64,000 bases of DNA from Histomonas meleagridis 2922-C6/04-290x (Eukaryota > Protista > Parabasalia). The stretch lies in NCBI GenBank assembly GCA_020184695.1, contig JAANOX010000205.1:558001-622000 (forward strand), given 5' to 3'. Under the pieces are notes generated by a model, which ran no database searches, was not told where the DNA came from, and saw only the letters and a list, made by a program, of their open reading frames with translations. The position numbers and the translations under genes were made by a program. Shown in pieces: positions 41,862 to 52,470 of this stretch; position 1 is the stretch's first letter; each line of letters opens with the position of its first letter.

Positions 41862-43010
41862 TTAATTTTCTGCTCTTATGAAAACAAGACCAGATTTTTT
41901 AGGCTCTTTTAATCTGATTAACTTATGCCGCGCGATTTGTTTTATGTTTTGTTCTGTTTCTATGTCTTCGCCAATATATTTTTCCCTTAACATAAAACTT
42001 TCCATTTGTAAATATGAAATCTTTAATAACATAACATTAAATATAAGTTTCATAACAACAAAATTTAAATTTAATACAATTGATACAATCCCAAAGATTA
42101 ACATCAAGAACAAATGTATAAAACTTTTTAAAGTGAATTCTTTCGCAAGGCGAATCTTGAGCAAAATAACTTTTTGATCAATCATCTGATCTAAAAGTTT
42201 CACTAAGAGGAAAATACTGATTATAAAATGACGCATGTACCCAACGATCGAGAAAAACGTGAAAAACGTGAAAAAGATTAAACATTTCGGATTATTCGAT
42301 CGTAATAATATCGAAATTGATATTGTTAATGATAAAGATGTTAAAATGGAACTAATAACAAAACATTTTGGTTGCGAATATGTGAATATGCACCACCCGC
42401 GACTGGCTAGTAATGTTAATGTTAACAATATCGTGAAGTATGTAATATTTAATAATTGAATAAGTATTTCAAACTTACGCATAAAGCGAAGTGTAAACGA
42501 TATGGCATTTATAATCGATAGAAAGGTAAAAGCAAAGTGGAGGCGAATTCGAAAATGTGGAAATTTATACCTATTGAAAATCCATAAAAAATAATTGAAG
42601 AAATATGTTAGTGCTAAAATGCCGTCGATACACTTTAACGGAGCAATGGTTTTTTCTGGGAATTCTGTATTAACATTTGGAAATTGATTCGATTTATTTT
42701 TTATGAATTCTTGGCTTGGTGTGTTAACTGATAGAGATACTTGTTGTTCTATTTTTATTTCCGAAGGTTCATAATTAATATTACCATTTAAAATTTTATG
42801 GAGTTTATTCCTCCTGGATAAAATTACACTTGTCTTCGGAAGAAGTAATTTTCTAATTCGGCTAGAAGAAGAAATAATATTCTTTTGTATTATGCAATTT
42901 GTACAAGAATTTGGAAGCTTTGGTGGCTTGCTTAGTGTGGCGTTTGCTTGTGCTTCATTTATACAGGTATGAGTACAACTTATCAGCTTGATGAGAAGGA
43001 TCACAAGCAT
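41862..43010 (-). CDS. Signal peptide + multi-pass membrane protein (possibly GOST/lung-7TM-like)
   Basis: N-terminal hydrophobic leader, luminal region, about 7 hydrophobic segments, LASRGWCI motif. Family call is tentative. Confidence 0.6.
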   Translation of the reverse strand: MLVILLIKLISCTHTCINEAQANATLSKPPKLPNSCTNCIIQKNIISSSSRIRKLLLPKTSVILSRRNKLHKILNGNINYEPSEIKIEQQVSLSVNTPSQEFIKNKSNQFPNVNTEFPEKTIAPLKCIDGILALTYFFNYFLWIFNRYKFPHFRIRLHFAFTFLSIINAISFTLRFMRKFEILIQLLNITYFTILLTLTLLASRGWCIFTYSQPKCFVISSILTSLSLTISISILLRSNNPKCLIFFTFFTFFSIVGYMRHFIISIFLLVKLLDQMIDQKVILLKIRLAKEFTLKSFIHLFLMLIFGIVSIVLNLNFVVMKLIFNVMLLKISYLQMESFMLREKYIGEDIETEQNIKQIARHKLIRLKEPKKSGLVFIRAEN

Positions 43011-43758
43011 TTTGACATTGAATGTAAGCCGAAATTTGAATTCAAAACGTGTTTTACGATCATATTACACCACAGTGAATAATAAATAGTTTATGGACGT
43101 AAATCTTCAAAAAGTATTGTAAACTATATAAAATTATCATTCCATCAGTTATGTTGAATGATTACAACACTTAATTGAAAATATTCAAACAAAATATCAG
43201 TTTTTCATTGTTCACCATATTGAATTTTCTGTATGACGATGGTAGTTTTTCTGGTTAAATGTTCGCCTTCTTGTTTTTTCATTTCTCATGAATTTACAAA
43301 TGTATCTCTTTGTTTTCCAGAAAATTCATTATGATATTCGTTAATGTCAATTACACGTCAAGAAAATTTATCTAAATTATAAATGATTTCGATATTATAT
43401 TCGAAATAGGACAGTATTTTACTACTATTATTAATACCAACTCCTTCTTCAGGCAGTATGAAATTATTTGCATCTCTGTTCTAAATGATCAAAATATTTA
43501 ATTTATATGAATTATTTATTATTTCTTTTGGTAAGCAGATAATAGTGATTTTGTATATTTTAAACGTCAGTAATATCTGCTATCATAAAAATAAAAAATA
43601 ATTTTTTAAATTTTTTGTATACAACTTCTAAGGAATGACAGCTTAACAAAATCGTTGTAAAACACTTTTTTTTAATAGAAATTAAAAATTAAAGACATCT
43701 AACATTTAAAAATCAATTCATATAAACGGGGTATCCCGTAAAAAACGTTCTCCTTTCA

Positions 43759-44679
43759 CTATTCTTCTTCTTCAACATGTACAATAAAATTCTTTTCATG
43801 ACACACTTCGCTTATTAACTTTCCATTTTCTTCTATTCGAAATTGCGGGAACCCTGTTTTCAAAATAAACTTTTTCGGAAACATGAATTTCCTTACGAAC
43901 ACAAACAAAAGATCAATTTTTTGATCTCTTGGGAACTTATGTATTCGATTTATGTTATCTGGGAACTGGAATCTAATTGTTGCGATGTCTGTTGAGTCGT
44001 TTGTCTCTGGAAGTTCTTCGAATTCTTTTTCAACCTTTTTTCGTTGTTCTTCTTCATCTTCGATTTGTTTTCGTGCTCGTTGTTCTTCTTCAGCTTCTTC
44101 TCTAGTAACTTCTTGATCTTGTTGAACTGCATCATTGAACTCTTCGTTTTGTTGTTGGATGATGGCAGCATCTTGTGTTCTTTGGTTGTTCTCAATTTGG
44201 ATTGATGATAAAAGATCACTTTCATCAATTCTTCCTTCAAGGATAGCGAAGACACGGGAATCACTAAGGGTTGTTCCATTAGGTCTAAGGATGATTATTG
44301 TTGGGATTTCGGTAAATTCAAGTTCACATGCTGAATGCCATCCTTCAGGATAAGAAACATCTAATGGGATAAATATGAAGTTTGAATGGATTTCATTTGC
44401 AATGGACTCCTTTTGGAGAATTTTAACGACATGATTTGTATTCGGATTATCAGCAAAATAAATAAATATAAAAAGTGAACGATTGAGATTTTTCGCATCA
44501 GTAATAGCATCTTTGAGAGGTCCTGGATGTGAATCAAATGGAAAAGTAAATTGAAGTTGATGATGCAAATTTTCTTGATTATTATAAGGCATGCTTCCGT
44601 TCATGAAATGATGGTAAATACGTTTGAAAATATTACAATTACTGGAATGTTCTTCTGTAATTAGTTCTTGGTTTTCCAT
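43759..44679 (-). CDS. UAS + UBX domain protein (FAF1/UBXD8-like p97 cofactor)
   Basis: GPLKDAITDAKNLNRSLFIFIY (UAS), acidic coiled coil, IRFQFPD...HKF...LKTGFP (UBX). Confidence 0.88.
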   Translation of the reverse strand: MENQELITEEHSSNCNIFKRIYHHFMNGSMPYNNQENLHHQLQFTFPFDSHPGPLKDAITDAKNLNRSLFIFIYFADNPNTNHVVKILQKESIANEIHSNFIFIPLDVSYPEGWHSACELEFTEIPTIIILRPNGTTLSDSRVFAILEGRIDESDLLSSIQIENNQRTQDAAIIQQQNEEFNDAVQQDQEVTREEAEEEQRARKQIEDEEEQRKKVEKEFEELPETNDSTDIATIRFQFPDNINRIHKFPRDQKIDLLFVFVRKFMFPKKFILKTGFPQFRIEENGKLISEVCHEKNFIVHVEEEE

Positions 44680-44727
44680 TTGTAGATTTTTGTATGTGAT
44701 GAGAACGTTTAATTTCAGGTATTTTGG

Positions 44728-44745
44728 TCATTTCATATCCCTTTT
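44728..44745 (+). promoter_or_regulatory. Inr-like TCATTT/TCATAT plus M5-like CCTTT in the UBX/SET intergenic gap
   Basis: TCATTTCATATCCCTTTT about 25-40 nt upstream of the SET ATG. Confidence 0.4.
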
Positions 44746-44769
44746 TTTTTCTTTTTTCTTTTGATATAA

Positions 44770-45738
44770 ATGAAAAGAAGTTCAAATCATCCAAGCAAAA
44801 TGGATGATTCACTTCCGCACCTAACAAGAGAAGAAAAACAACGTTTTTCTTTATGTTCATATTACGCAAATTTATTAAAGAATTCTTCATTTGGAGACCA
44901 AACCAATACAGAAAAACGAAAATCTACAGTTGTAAAAGAACTTTCCCGCAGTACTTCAGAAAATTTTCTTTTTGATTGTGATAAATTAAGTCGTAAAGCA
45001 TTACGTTTTGAGATAAGCGATATCGATTGTTGGGGTGTTTTTGCTGACGAGCCCATTCAGAAAGGCGAGCCTATTATAGAATACATTGGCGAAGTAATTC
45101 GACAACGCGTTGTTGAAAAACGAGAGAAAGAATATGAACTTGAAGGTAATCATGGCTCATACATATTCCGTATTGATGACGACAACAATATTGATGCCAC
45201 ACATTCTGGTGGTCTTGCTCGATATATTAATCATAGTTGTGATCCGAACTGCGAAACACGTATTATACCATTTGACAAGACCAAGCGCGTTGTGATCTTT
45301 GCCAAACGCAATATCTCACCTTGTGAAGAACTAAGTTATGATTATCAACTTCCATATGAGATCAAAGAAAAAGCTATTCGATGCACATGTCATTCCCCTA
45401 ACTGCAAAGGATGGCTAAATTGGAAGCAAGACCAAGATGAAATTATTCGAAGGAATTTGAACATTGGAAATGATGCACCATTTGAACCAGATTCCGAAAC
45501 TGATGAAGAAACAAAACCTTACAGGAAGCACATTCACGACAGAAATGAGAAAGTTGAGAAAATGAAACGTGAAAGACAACTTGTTAGTGATATACATGTT
45601 TTGATTCCTTCTGTAGAAATCGATAAGGATGTAATCACAAAAACATTGGGGTTATCTTTTGATGATGAAGATGATGAAATTGATGAAATAGAAAATAAGA
45701 AACAAAAGAAAAAGAAAAAAGGAAAAAGACGTAAGTGA
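44770..45738 (+). CDS. SET1-like histone lysine methyltransferase (SET + post-SET)
   Basis: WGVFADEPI..IIEYIGEVIR, YIFRIDD..IDAT..GGLARYINHSCDPNC, EELSYDY, IRCTCHSPNCKGWLN. Confidence 0.93.
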   Translation: MKRSSNHPSKMDDSLPHLTREEKQRFSLCSYYANLLKNSSFGDQTNTEKRKSTVVKELSRSTSENFLFDCDKLSRKALRFEISDIDCWGVFADEPIQKGEPIIEYIGEVIRQRVVEKREKEYELEGNHGSYIFRIDDDNNIDATHSGGLARYINHSCDPNCETRIIPFDKTKRVVIFAKRNISPCEELSYDYQLPYEIKEKAIRCTCHSPNCKGWLNWKQDQDEIIRRNLNIGNDAPFEPDSETDEETKPYRKHIHDRNEKVEKMKRERQLVSDIHVLIPSVEIDKDVITKTLGLSFDDEDDEIDEIENKKQKKKKKGKRRK

Positions 45739-46308
45739 AAAATTAGCGGATTAATAAATAAAGTATAAAGTTAATTCTCTTGGAATGATTCGATTAATAC
45801 GCAAATGTTCCTGGTTGCAGTTTTTTCTGATGTTTATTTTGTTTACCATTGAAAAATTGTGTGCAAAGGCTTCATAAAGCTTGATTGAAAAAGTTGCTCT
45901 CATCGTTTTTGACACATTGAAATTCTTCTGAAATTTGTGGAATCACAATTATCAGAGCGCCCGATGGTTTAATGAACCTTCGAAGATGGTAGATCAGTAA
46001 TTTCCCATATTTCTATTTGATATCAAAAATGATAATTGTGCAGTTCTTATAATTCGGCAGTGATCTTTTTTGATACGTTGAGTGTGACTTACGCTTCTGT
46101 AAACTAATAGCATTGAGGAACTTTACAATACGTTACTTTAACCTCTTAAATAACAAATTTAAATTTTTTCTAAGGGTGTTTAAACAAAAAGTTTTGTGAG
46201 TGTAGTTCTTTGTTCCACTTATCGGTGACAGAAACGATTTCTGAATTTTGTGATATTACTGAATTATTTGAATGATTTTTGACGTGGTGTTTTGGTTACT
46301 TAGTCAAG

Positions 46309-47349
46309 ATGGGCTCGTTTCAAGAGGATGACTTAGATCTCCCACCACAAGAATATAAATCAGATCCTAAAACAAATTGTTCATATAGTTCGTATAAAAG
46401 GGATATAAAATGGAAATTAATCTTTATTGCTATTTTTTTCATAATATTTTTTACAATTCTTTTCATCTGTACATATGTCATTCCACGTGATGAATATCTA
46501 GAAGCTAAAAAACAGGATCCCAAACTCGAATTTCAAGAACCATATACTCCAGGAGATGCATTACATTGGACAAATTATTGTATATTTCTAATATTTTTAC
46601 TTGGGCTTATAGGGTACGCTTCTGATCATCCAAAAGAATTTTTTTATGTGATGTTTTTAACGATTTATGTGGTTTTTGGGTTATTTTCTGCTGGGATATG
46701 GATTGCATACGCCGCTACTATTGCAAATTCAGGCACAGTGAAAACAGCATGGGATAAACATTTTTCATATGATAATTATAATAAAAACATAACCAATATA
46801 AAAGTAGAAAAACCATATATAAAGATATCAGCATCTGGATATACATCGACCGGGAGGAAACATAGAACCTATTACTATTGTAATCCAGAAGCGATAATAG
46901 TTAATTCAACTAATTGTTCAACAACTTATAATTTGCCTGAGTTACATAATCACTCATGGGTTAATATTATATATAATATTACATCAACACAAGATATTGA
47001 TGATTTTGTTGAAAGAGTCGGACAAAAATATAAAGATTCATTACCTACAACAGATGAACGCGGATTAACGATTAGTTGGAAATATGATATTAGATTTGGA
47101 TTTAATTCTGAAATTAATGGACTTTATTTTGTTACCAAAAGTAATGAACTTGAAGGTAAACTTAAAAAATCCAATGGTAAGGCAATGATGGCTTTTTGGG
47201 CAGGCGTTGGTTATGTTTATAGATTGAGGTCATACCCAGTATTTCGACCTATAATATCTAAATCTGATATTGAAATAGATTTGCCTGAACTTCCTGATAA
47301 TGATCCAATATGGGATAGAATCGCACAAACAAAATGTATACTTGAATAA
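46309..47349 (+). CDS. Membrane protein of unknown function (three TM segments, possibly TMEM151-like)
   Basis: Three hydrophobic segments, a long loop and a late hydrophobic segment; first ATG at 46309. Confidence 0.7.
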   Translation: MGSFQEDDLDLPPQEYKSDPKTNCSYSSYKRDIKWKLIFIAIFFIIFFTILFICTYVIPRDEYLEAKKQDPKLEFQEPYTPGDALHWTNYCIFLIFLLGLIGYASDHPKEFFYVMFLTIYVVFGLFSAGIWIAYAATIANSGTVKTAWDKHFSYDNYNKNITNIKVEKPYIKISASGYTSTGRKHRTYYYCNPEAIIVNSTNCSTTYNLPELHNHSWVNIIYNITSTQDIDDFVERVGQKYKDSLPTTDERGLTISWKYDIRFGFNSEINGLYFVTKSNELEGKLKKSNGKAMMAFWAGVGYVYRLRSYPVFRPIISKSDIEIDLPELPDNDPIWDRIAQTKCILE

Positions 47350-47754
47350 TTTTGATTCTTTTCAGAATAAGAAATAAATCTTAATTCAGATTTTCAATAT
47401 GTTCTTTAAAAGGATAATTTTCGTTCGTTTTGAGTTAATAATTTATAAGATAAATTAATTTAACATGAAGTGATAAAAACTAATTTCTTCTTAAAATTAA
47501 TTAGATTGCGAAAAGAATTTGAATTTTTTGAAAATATATTTTTTACATTTTGGCATGAATTCAATTGGCGTAAATAATAAGATCAAAATATGGAAAAATA
47601 CATTTGCGAAATGGAAAATAACCGCTTTGTAAACTTTATTATCCTGCAAGAAGCCAAGAATGCATTTAAAGTTTTTTCCACTCTATCACAAGTACTCCCA
47701 ATGCAAAGGGCTTAAAATTCGCGAGGAAAAATTAAAAAAAATACTGATTTTTCT

Positions 47755-48354
47755 TTAAAGATTATTGTTATTGTGAACGCTATCTTGGTTGTTCCCATTT
47801 TCGTGAGCTAATAACAAATTAGGGTCAATTTGATTTAAACCCATTTCGAGCTGTGCACGAGCTTGCGTTTGATTTCGCAACCCAGAATACCATCGATTCT
47901 TGATGGAACTGGGACTTCTGCCTTGTAGCTTTTGTGCTATGAGTGACCAGCGATTACCCAGCTCTTTTTGTGATTGAATAATGACTTGATCTTCCCAAGG
48001 CTCAAATGGATCGTGACGAATTCCTGGCTGCAGCCTCTGAAACCACCTCTCACGGCATTGCTTAGGAGTTCTGGTCGGCACAAATTTTGCTATGTCAGTC
48101 CATTTTTTAGGACCAAGTTGATTGACTGCAGTTGTTAGCATCTCGTCTTCTTGCTGATTCCACGTACCTCTTGTTATCATTGAATTATCTTTTGGTGATT
48201 GCTGTATTCGCATAAGAAAATTAATTAAATCTTGTGGCTGGATTGAAGTATTCGAACAAATTTGTGGATACCCATCAATTTGTTGTTGAACTCCTTGAAT
48301 GGGCGCTTGCTGTTGTTGTTGCTGTATTGAGTTTTGATCTAAATCATTCATCAT
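47755..48354 (-). CDS. R2R3-Myb transcription factor
   Basis: RGTWNQQEDEML..WTDIAKFVPTRTPKQCRERW..FEPWED..GNRWSLIAQKLQGRSPSSIKNRW; Q-rich N-terminus. Confidence 0.95.
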   Translation of the reverse strand: MMNDLDQNSIQQQQQQAPIQGVQQQIDGYPQICSNTSIQPQDLINFLMRIQQSPKDNSMITRGTWNQQEDEMLTTAVNQLGPKKWTDIAKFVPTRTPKQCRERWFQRLQPGIRHDPFEPWEDQVIIQSQKELGNRWSLIAQKLQGRSPSSIKNRWYSGLRNQTQARAQLEMGLNQIDPNLLLAHENGNNQDSVHNNNNL

Positions 48355-48769
48355 TGTTCCCCGCCAAAATTAATATGACATGTTACATGAAAAAACTTTG
48401 TTTCAGAATAATACAAAAAGCCAGATGCCATATTGAAAACGCAAACGTTTTATTAAGTGAAGAATAAGCTTTTTGAGGGTTGAAAATTCTTAACTTTTTC
48501 AAATTGTTATGTCGATATTCCAATTTAAAATAGATAAAAAACAAAATTATTAAGATCTTAAAATATCCTAAAATAAGTTAGGGAAAAAATGAATCACCAA
48601 GGTTTACCAACAATAATTTCAAAACATATTGTAAAAAATCCTAAAAACAATCTCCATCAAAACATCCATTCAAAAATATTAAATACACATACATAAAGAA
48701 TTCAGCAAAGTGCAATATCTTTATAAAAGATTTATTACCAGTGGTTTTTATTTACTAGAAACGCGCTTA

Positions 48770-49879
48770 TTATTCTGTCTTATAATATACAATCAGTGCT
48801 TGTAACGCACTAATCAAAATCTGCACAAGGAATGCTAAGCCACTATAAATTAAGTCTTTTGTCAGTACACCCTTCAAATCTAATTTCTCCTCTTCCACAT
48901 TTTCAAGGTCTAGTTCAGCAAACGCAGCATTGCCTTGGTCCAAATCAACTTCTTCGTCCTCTAAATATGCCGAAAATCGATCGAACCATGAAAAGTCATT
49001 ATGCGATTGAATGAACATCACAAGCAAAAACGAAACAAAGAATTGGTATCCAAACCCAGATATGATCAATGACCATGCGTTATCGTATGCATACGACGTT
49101 TTATATTGATCAAGTGGATTACAAATGAGATATGCAACACATGCGAAAAAGAGTAAACAAGAACATACAAAAGATACAATAACAGGAACTAAACTGATAA
49201 AGCACTCAATAACTATGCCAAAACAAATGGAAAAAAGAATTTGTAAAACATTGGATTTTCCATATAGGACATCATAAACAGATAAAAAGATAATGAAAAA
49301 GACGGCCATGAGCTTGACGATAAAGCCATTGAAACAGATGGTGAATATTTTGCGAAGAACTGGATTCAATTCTAAAAATAATGGATTATCATTATTATTA
49401 CGACCACCATATTTCATAAAGAAAATGGCCATAGCGGTTTCTATTACAACGTTAACAGATGGTAATTGATATTCAAATCCGAGATAATTCATGAATGGCC
49501 CACTTTGATTTGTATGTGCACATGGACCAGGTTGTTGAGTAATCCACCCAAGCACAGGCGATATAAGATTAGCAAAGGTGCAGGTGTACAAAAATTTAAG
49601 TAATTGAAGTCGACTTCGATGATATAATTTCTGCATTTTTTTCTGTTTTCCAGAGGCTTGGAATAAGAAAATAACAGGAAGAATAATAACTAAGTAAACA
49701 GCAGCCATGCCTATAAAGTAAAATGAGACCCAATCAGAAAAAGAAGAAAAAATACCATCGGTTATGTCATCCAGAAAATTTTGGTAGCAATTAAGAAAAA
49801 AGCTATCTCCAAAAGTAGAAGCAAGATAGTTTTTGAGCATTTCGTTATCGCTTGTAGTAAATTGGGTTGGTTTAGACAT
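48770..49879 (-). CDS. Multi-pass membrane protein, weak PAP2/glucose-6-phosphatase-like layout
   Basis: About 8 hydrophobic segments; QQPGPC...QLPSVN at the positions of the PAP2 RP and PSGH motifs (degenerate). Confidence 0.6.
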   Translation of the reverse strand: MSKPTQFTTSDNEMLKNYLASTFGDSFFLNCYQNFLDDITDGIFSSFSDWVSFYFIGMAAVYLVIILPVIFLFQASGKQKKMQKLYHRSRLQLLKFLYTCTFANLISPVLGWITQQPGPCAHTNQSGPFMNYLGFEYQLPSVNVVIETAMAIFFMKYGGRNNNDNPLFLELNPVLRKIFTICFNGFIVKLMAVFFIIFLSVYDVLYGKSNVLQILFSICFGIVIECFISLVPVIVSFVCSCLLFFACVAYLICNPLDQYKTSYAYDNAWSLIISGFGYQFFVSFLLVMFIQSHNDFSWFDRFSAYLEDEEVDLDQGNAAFAELDLENVEEEKLDLKGVLTKDLIYSGLAFLVQILISALQALIVYYKTE

Positions 49880-50067
49880 TTGTCAAAATGTGTATTTTGT
49901 CACTTTTGGAACGGTTGGTGATAAAAACGGTTAATACAAATTTGAACCGAATTCAATTTTTGAAAGAATAAAAAAAAGTGTTTATGGGTGAAATCGTTTA
50001 ACGTCTTCAAAGCTCCATCTGGTGTAAATAATTAAAAAAGTTGTGTTAATAACGTACAAAAAATGTA

Positions 50068-51858
50068 ATGGAAACTAATTTAATGAATCAAAAGAAATTT
50101 CTTCAAAAAAATAAATCATCATTAACAAATTTGGACCCAAAAGGTGGCTCTATTCAAGTAATAGCAGTTGATAAAGTATGGTATGGAGATTTAATCAATT
50201 GGCTGTTCAACGGTTCAAAAACAATTCCTAGCAAAATTAAATCCCCAGACATTTTGCTAAATAACCAACTCAAAAAAGGAGTTCGAGTTGGTATTGATTT
50301 TGAAGTTGTTCATACAAATATTTGGTCATATTTAACAAATATTTTTTCAACGCCAAAGCAGAAAATCCAAGGCTTTCTAGTTTACACTGAAACCAAAAGA
50401 GAAGTAGAATTTGTTTATCCACCGCAAACAATTCAAATCCAATTTGGTCGCCAAACTCTAATAAGGGTTGCATCACTTTCATGGTTAATCAAAGAAATCA
50501 AAGAAAGTGCGTGTAATCAATGTCATGTGTATCCTTCAAAATCGTTTTTGTATCACTTGCAAACTAACAGCAAAATTGATGATTCATTAACAGTCGAAAA
50601 GGTTCTAAAACAGTATGGAAACAATTTCGAGCTTCGATGTATTGAAAGTCATAAATTATTTTCCACTCCAAATTCTAAAACGCCTCATATTTTCAAGCCA
50701 GATGTCAATTTGCAATCACCACGTAAACCAATTCAATCCATAAATACTGTTAAAACCCCCACAAAATTATCTCCTCGACCACCTTTATCACCAATACCAA
50801 ACAAACAAGTACAAAAAAAATCAGCATCAAATATATTCCAAGAACCTCAACCTTCTTTACCTCTTCTTAACTCACCTATTAGTACACCATCATATCCCAA
50901 TCCTGTTGGGCTTGTAAATCTTGGAAATACTTGTTTTTTAAATGCGTCATTACAATGTATTTGTCGAATTAAGCCACTTGTTTCATTTATTCTTTCCACT
51001 GATTTTGACTCCCAAATAAACATCAACAACTCTCTTGGATCAAAAGGAAAGATTGCACGTGCATTTCGGAATTTTCTTATTGAAATTTCTTCCTCTCGAA
51101 GTGCTGTAAATCCATCAAAATTACGTGAAGCTATAATTTCCAAATATAGGCGATTCTCCAATTTTGCACAACATGATTCACAAGAGTTCCTTAATGCTCT
51201 GATTGATGGACTTCATGAAGATTTTAATCAACCTTCAAAAGACAAAACGCTTGAAAATGCTGATTCATTAGAGCTTCATTTATCACGTAATTCTTCTCCA
51301 ATACAGAAGATATTCCTCGGAAGCATGTTCAGCAGCATTGAATGTCCTGAATGCGGTTTCAGCAAAATTGTGAGGGATCCGTTTATGTTTTTTACAGTTG
51401 ATGTGCCGAAAAGTGTCATTGGAGTACGTTTATTGAATTGTTTGAAAAAGTTTAATCAATGCGAAATTCTTGATAAAGATAACTTGTGGGAATGTGAAAA
51501 ATGTGGAAAAAAAGTAAGAGCAAGAAAAAGAATGGGTTTGAATGAATGTCCAAATGTGTTAATTATACATTTGAAACGCTTTTCTGAAAATGGACATTTT
51601 GCAAGAAAAAATGAAACAAAAGTTGAATATCCAGATTTATTGTCTTCCAAGGATTTTATGGAAAAGGATTGTGGAGATTATAATTTGGTCGGAGTTGTAT
51701 GCCATTGCGGAGGATTGAATGGAGGACATTACACAGCTATGGCATTAGACCAAAAAAATAACATTTGGTACTATTTCAATGACTCGATTGTCAAGAAAAT
51801 TAGCGCATCTTCTGCTCATGTAAGTGATGCATATGTTTTGTTTTATCAGCGTATATAA
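50068..51858 (+). CDS. Ubiquitin-specific protease (C19/USP) with DUSP-like N-terminus
   Basis: Cys box GLVNLGNTCFLNASLQC, QHDSQEF, His box HCGGLNGGHYTA, WYYFNDS. Confidence 0.95.
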   Translation: METNLMNQKKFLQKNKSSLTNLDPKGGSIQVIAVDKVWYGDLINWLFNGSKTIPSKIKSPDILLNNQLKKGVRVGIDFEVVHTNIWSYLTNIFSTPKQKIQGFLVYTETKREVEFVYPPQTIQIQFGRQTLIRVASLSWLIKEIKESACNQCHVYPSKSFLYHLQTNSKIDDSLTVEKVLKQYGNNFELRCIESHKLFSTPNSKTPHIFKPDVNLQSPRKPIQSINTVKTPTKLSPRPPLSPIPNKQVQKKSASNIFQEPQPSLPLLNSPISTPSYPNPVGLVNLGNTCFLNASLQCICRIKPLVSFILSTDFDSQININNSLGSKGKIARAFRNFLIEISSSRSAVNPSKLREAIISKYRRFSNFAQHDSQEFLNALIDGLHEDFNQPSKDKTLENADSLELHLSRNSSPIQKIFLGSMFSSIECPECGFSKIVRDPFMFFTVDVPKSVIGVRLLNCLKKFNQCEILDKDNLWECEKCGKKVRARKRMGLNECPNVLIIHLKRFSENGHFARKNETKVEYPDLLSSKDFMEKDCGDYNLVGVVCHCGGLNGGHYTAMALDQKNNIWYYFNDSIVKKISASSAHVSDAYVLFYQRI

Positions 51859-52470
51859 ATAAATTACCATGTAACTATTTCTTATCGATTTATTTTCATG
51901 TATATATTTGATTGTATTTCAAAATAATATGAAATCGTATAAAATTATATTTGTCTTATTATATGACCATCCCTTACTTGACAAAACAAAAATGAAGGTT
52001 GGATTCAATTATTTCAAATAAAAACCAATATTGAAATAAATAACGGTTCCGTTATAGTCATGACGATCTGAATAAATTTCTATTGGATTTTTCTATTTGA
52101 AAGCATTCAAAAAATTCGATTTAGCTCCAATCAGCAGGATTTACATCTTTCCACTTCAAAAAATAAAAATAGAGGTCTCGTCATATGCTTAACTATTACA
52201 TTATAAGGAAACAAATTCTCAATATAGAATATCGTCAAAGTTTATCTATATATATAAATAAATGTATAAAATATAGGATATTATTATTTATTTTGCTTGA
52301 AAAGTTATAAATGGTATGACATACTTTTCGGTAACCTAATGGTCAATAAAATCACACCATAATTTGTATGATTACTTCAACCCTCAAAAAAATTTGAAAC
52401 CGTTTATTCATTTTAACGGTTGCTTAAAATAGTTCATTTTCTAAAATTACCCTTATTACCCTTATTAATA

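Noticed and set aside
43150-43620. Minus-strand coding-like fragments (LPEEGVGINN, EFSGKQRDTF)
   Set aside because: Many stops and no identifiable family; at most an old relic.
45780-46090. Minus-strand fragmentary frame (KPSGALIIVIPQISEEF...)
   Set aside because: Interrupted by stops and frameshifts; cannot be assigned.
52040-52055. Inverted pair ATAACGG-TT-CCGTTAT (Myb-site-like)
   Set aside because: Only a 7-bp arm, about 400 bp from the exportin start; chance cannot be excluded.
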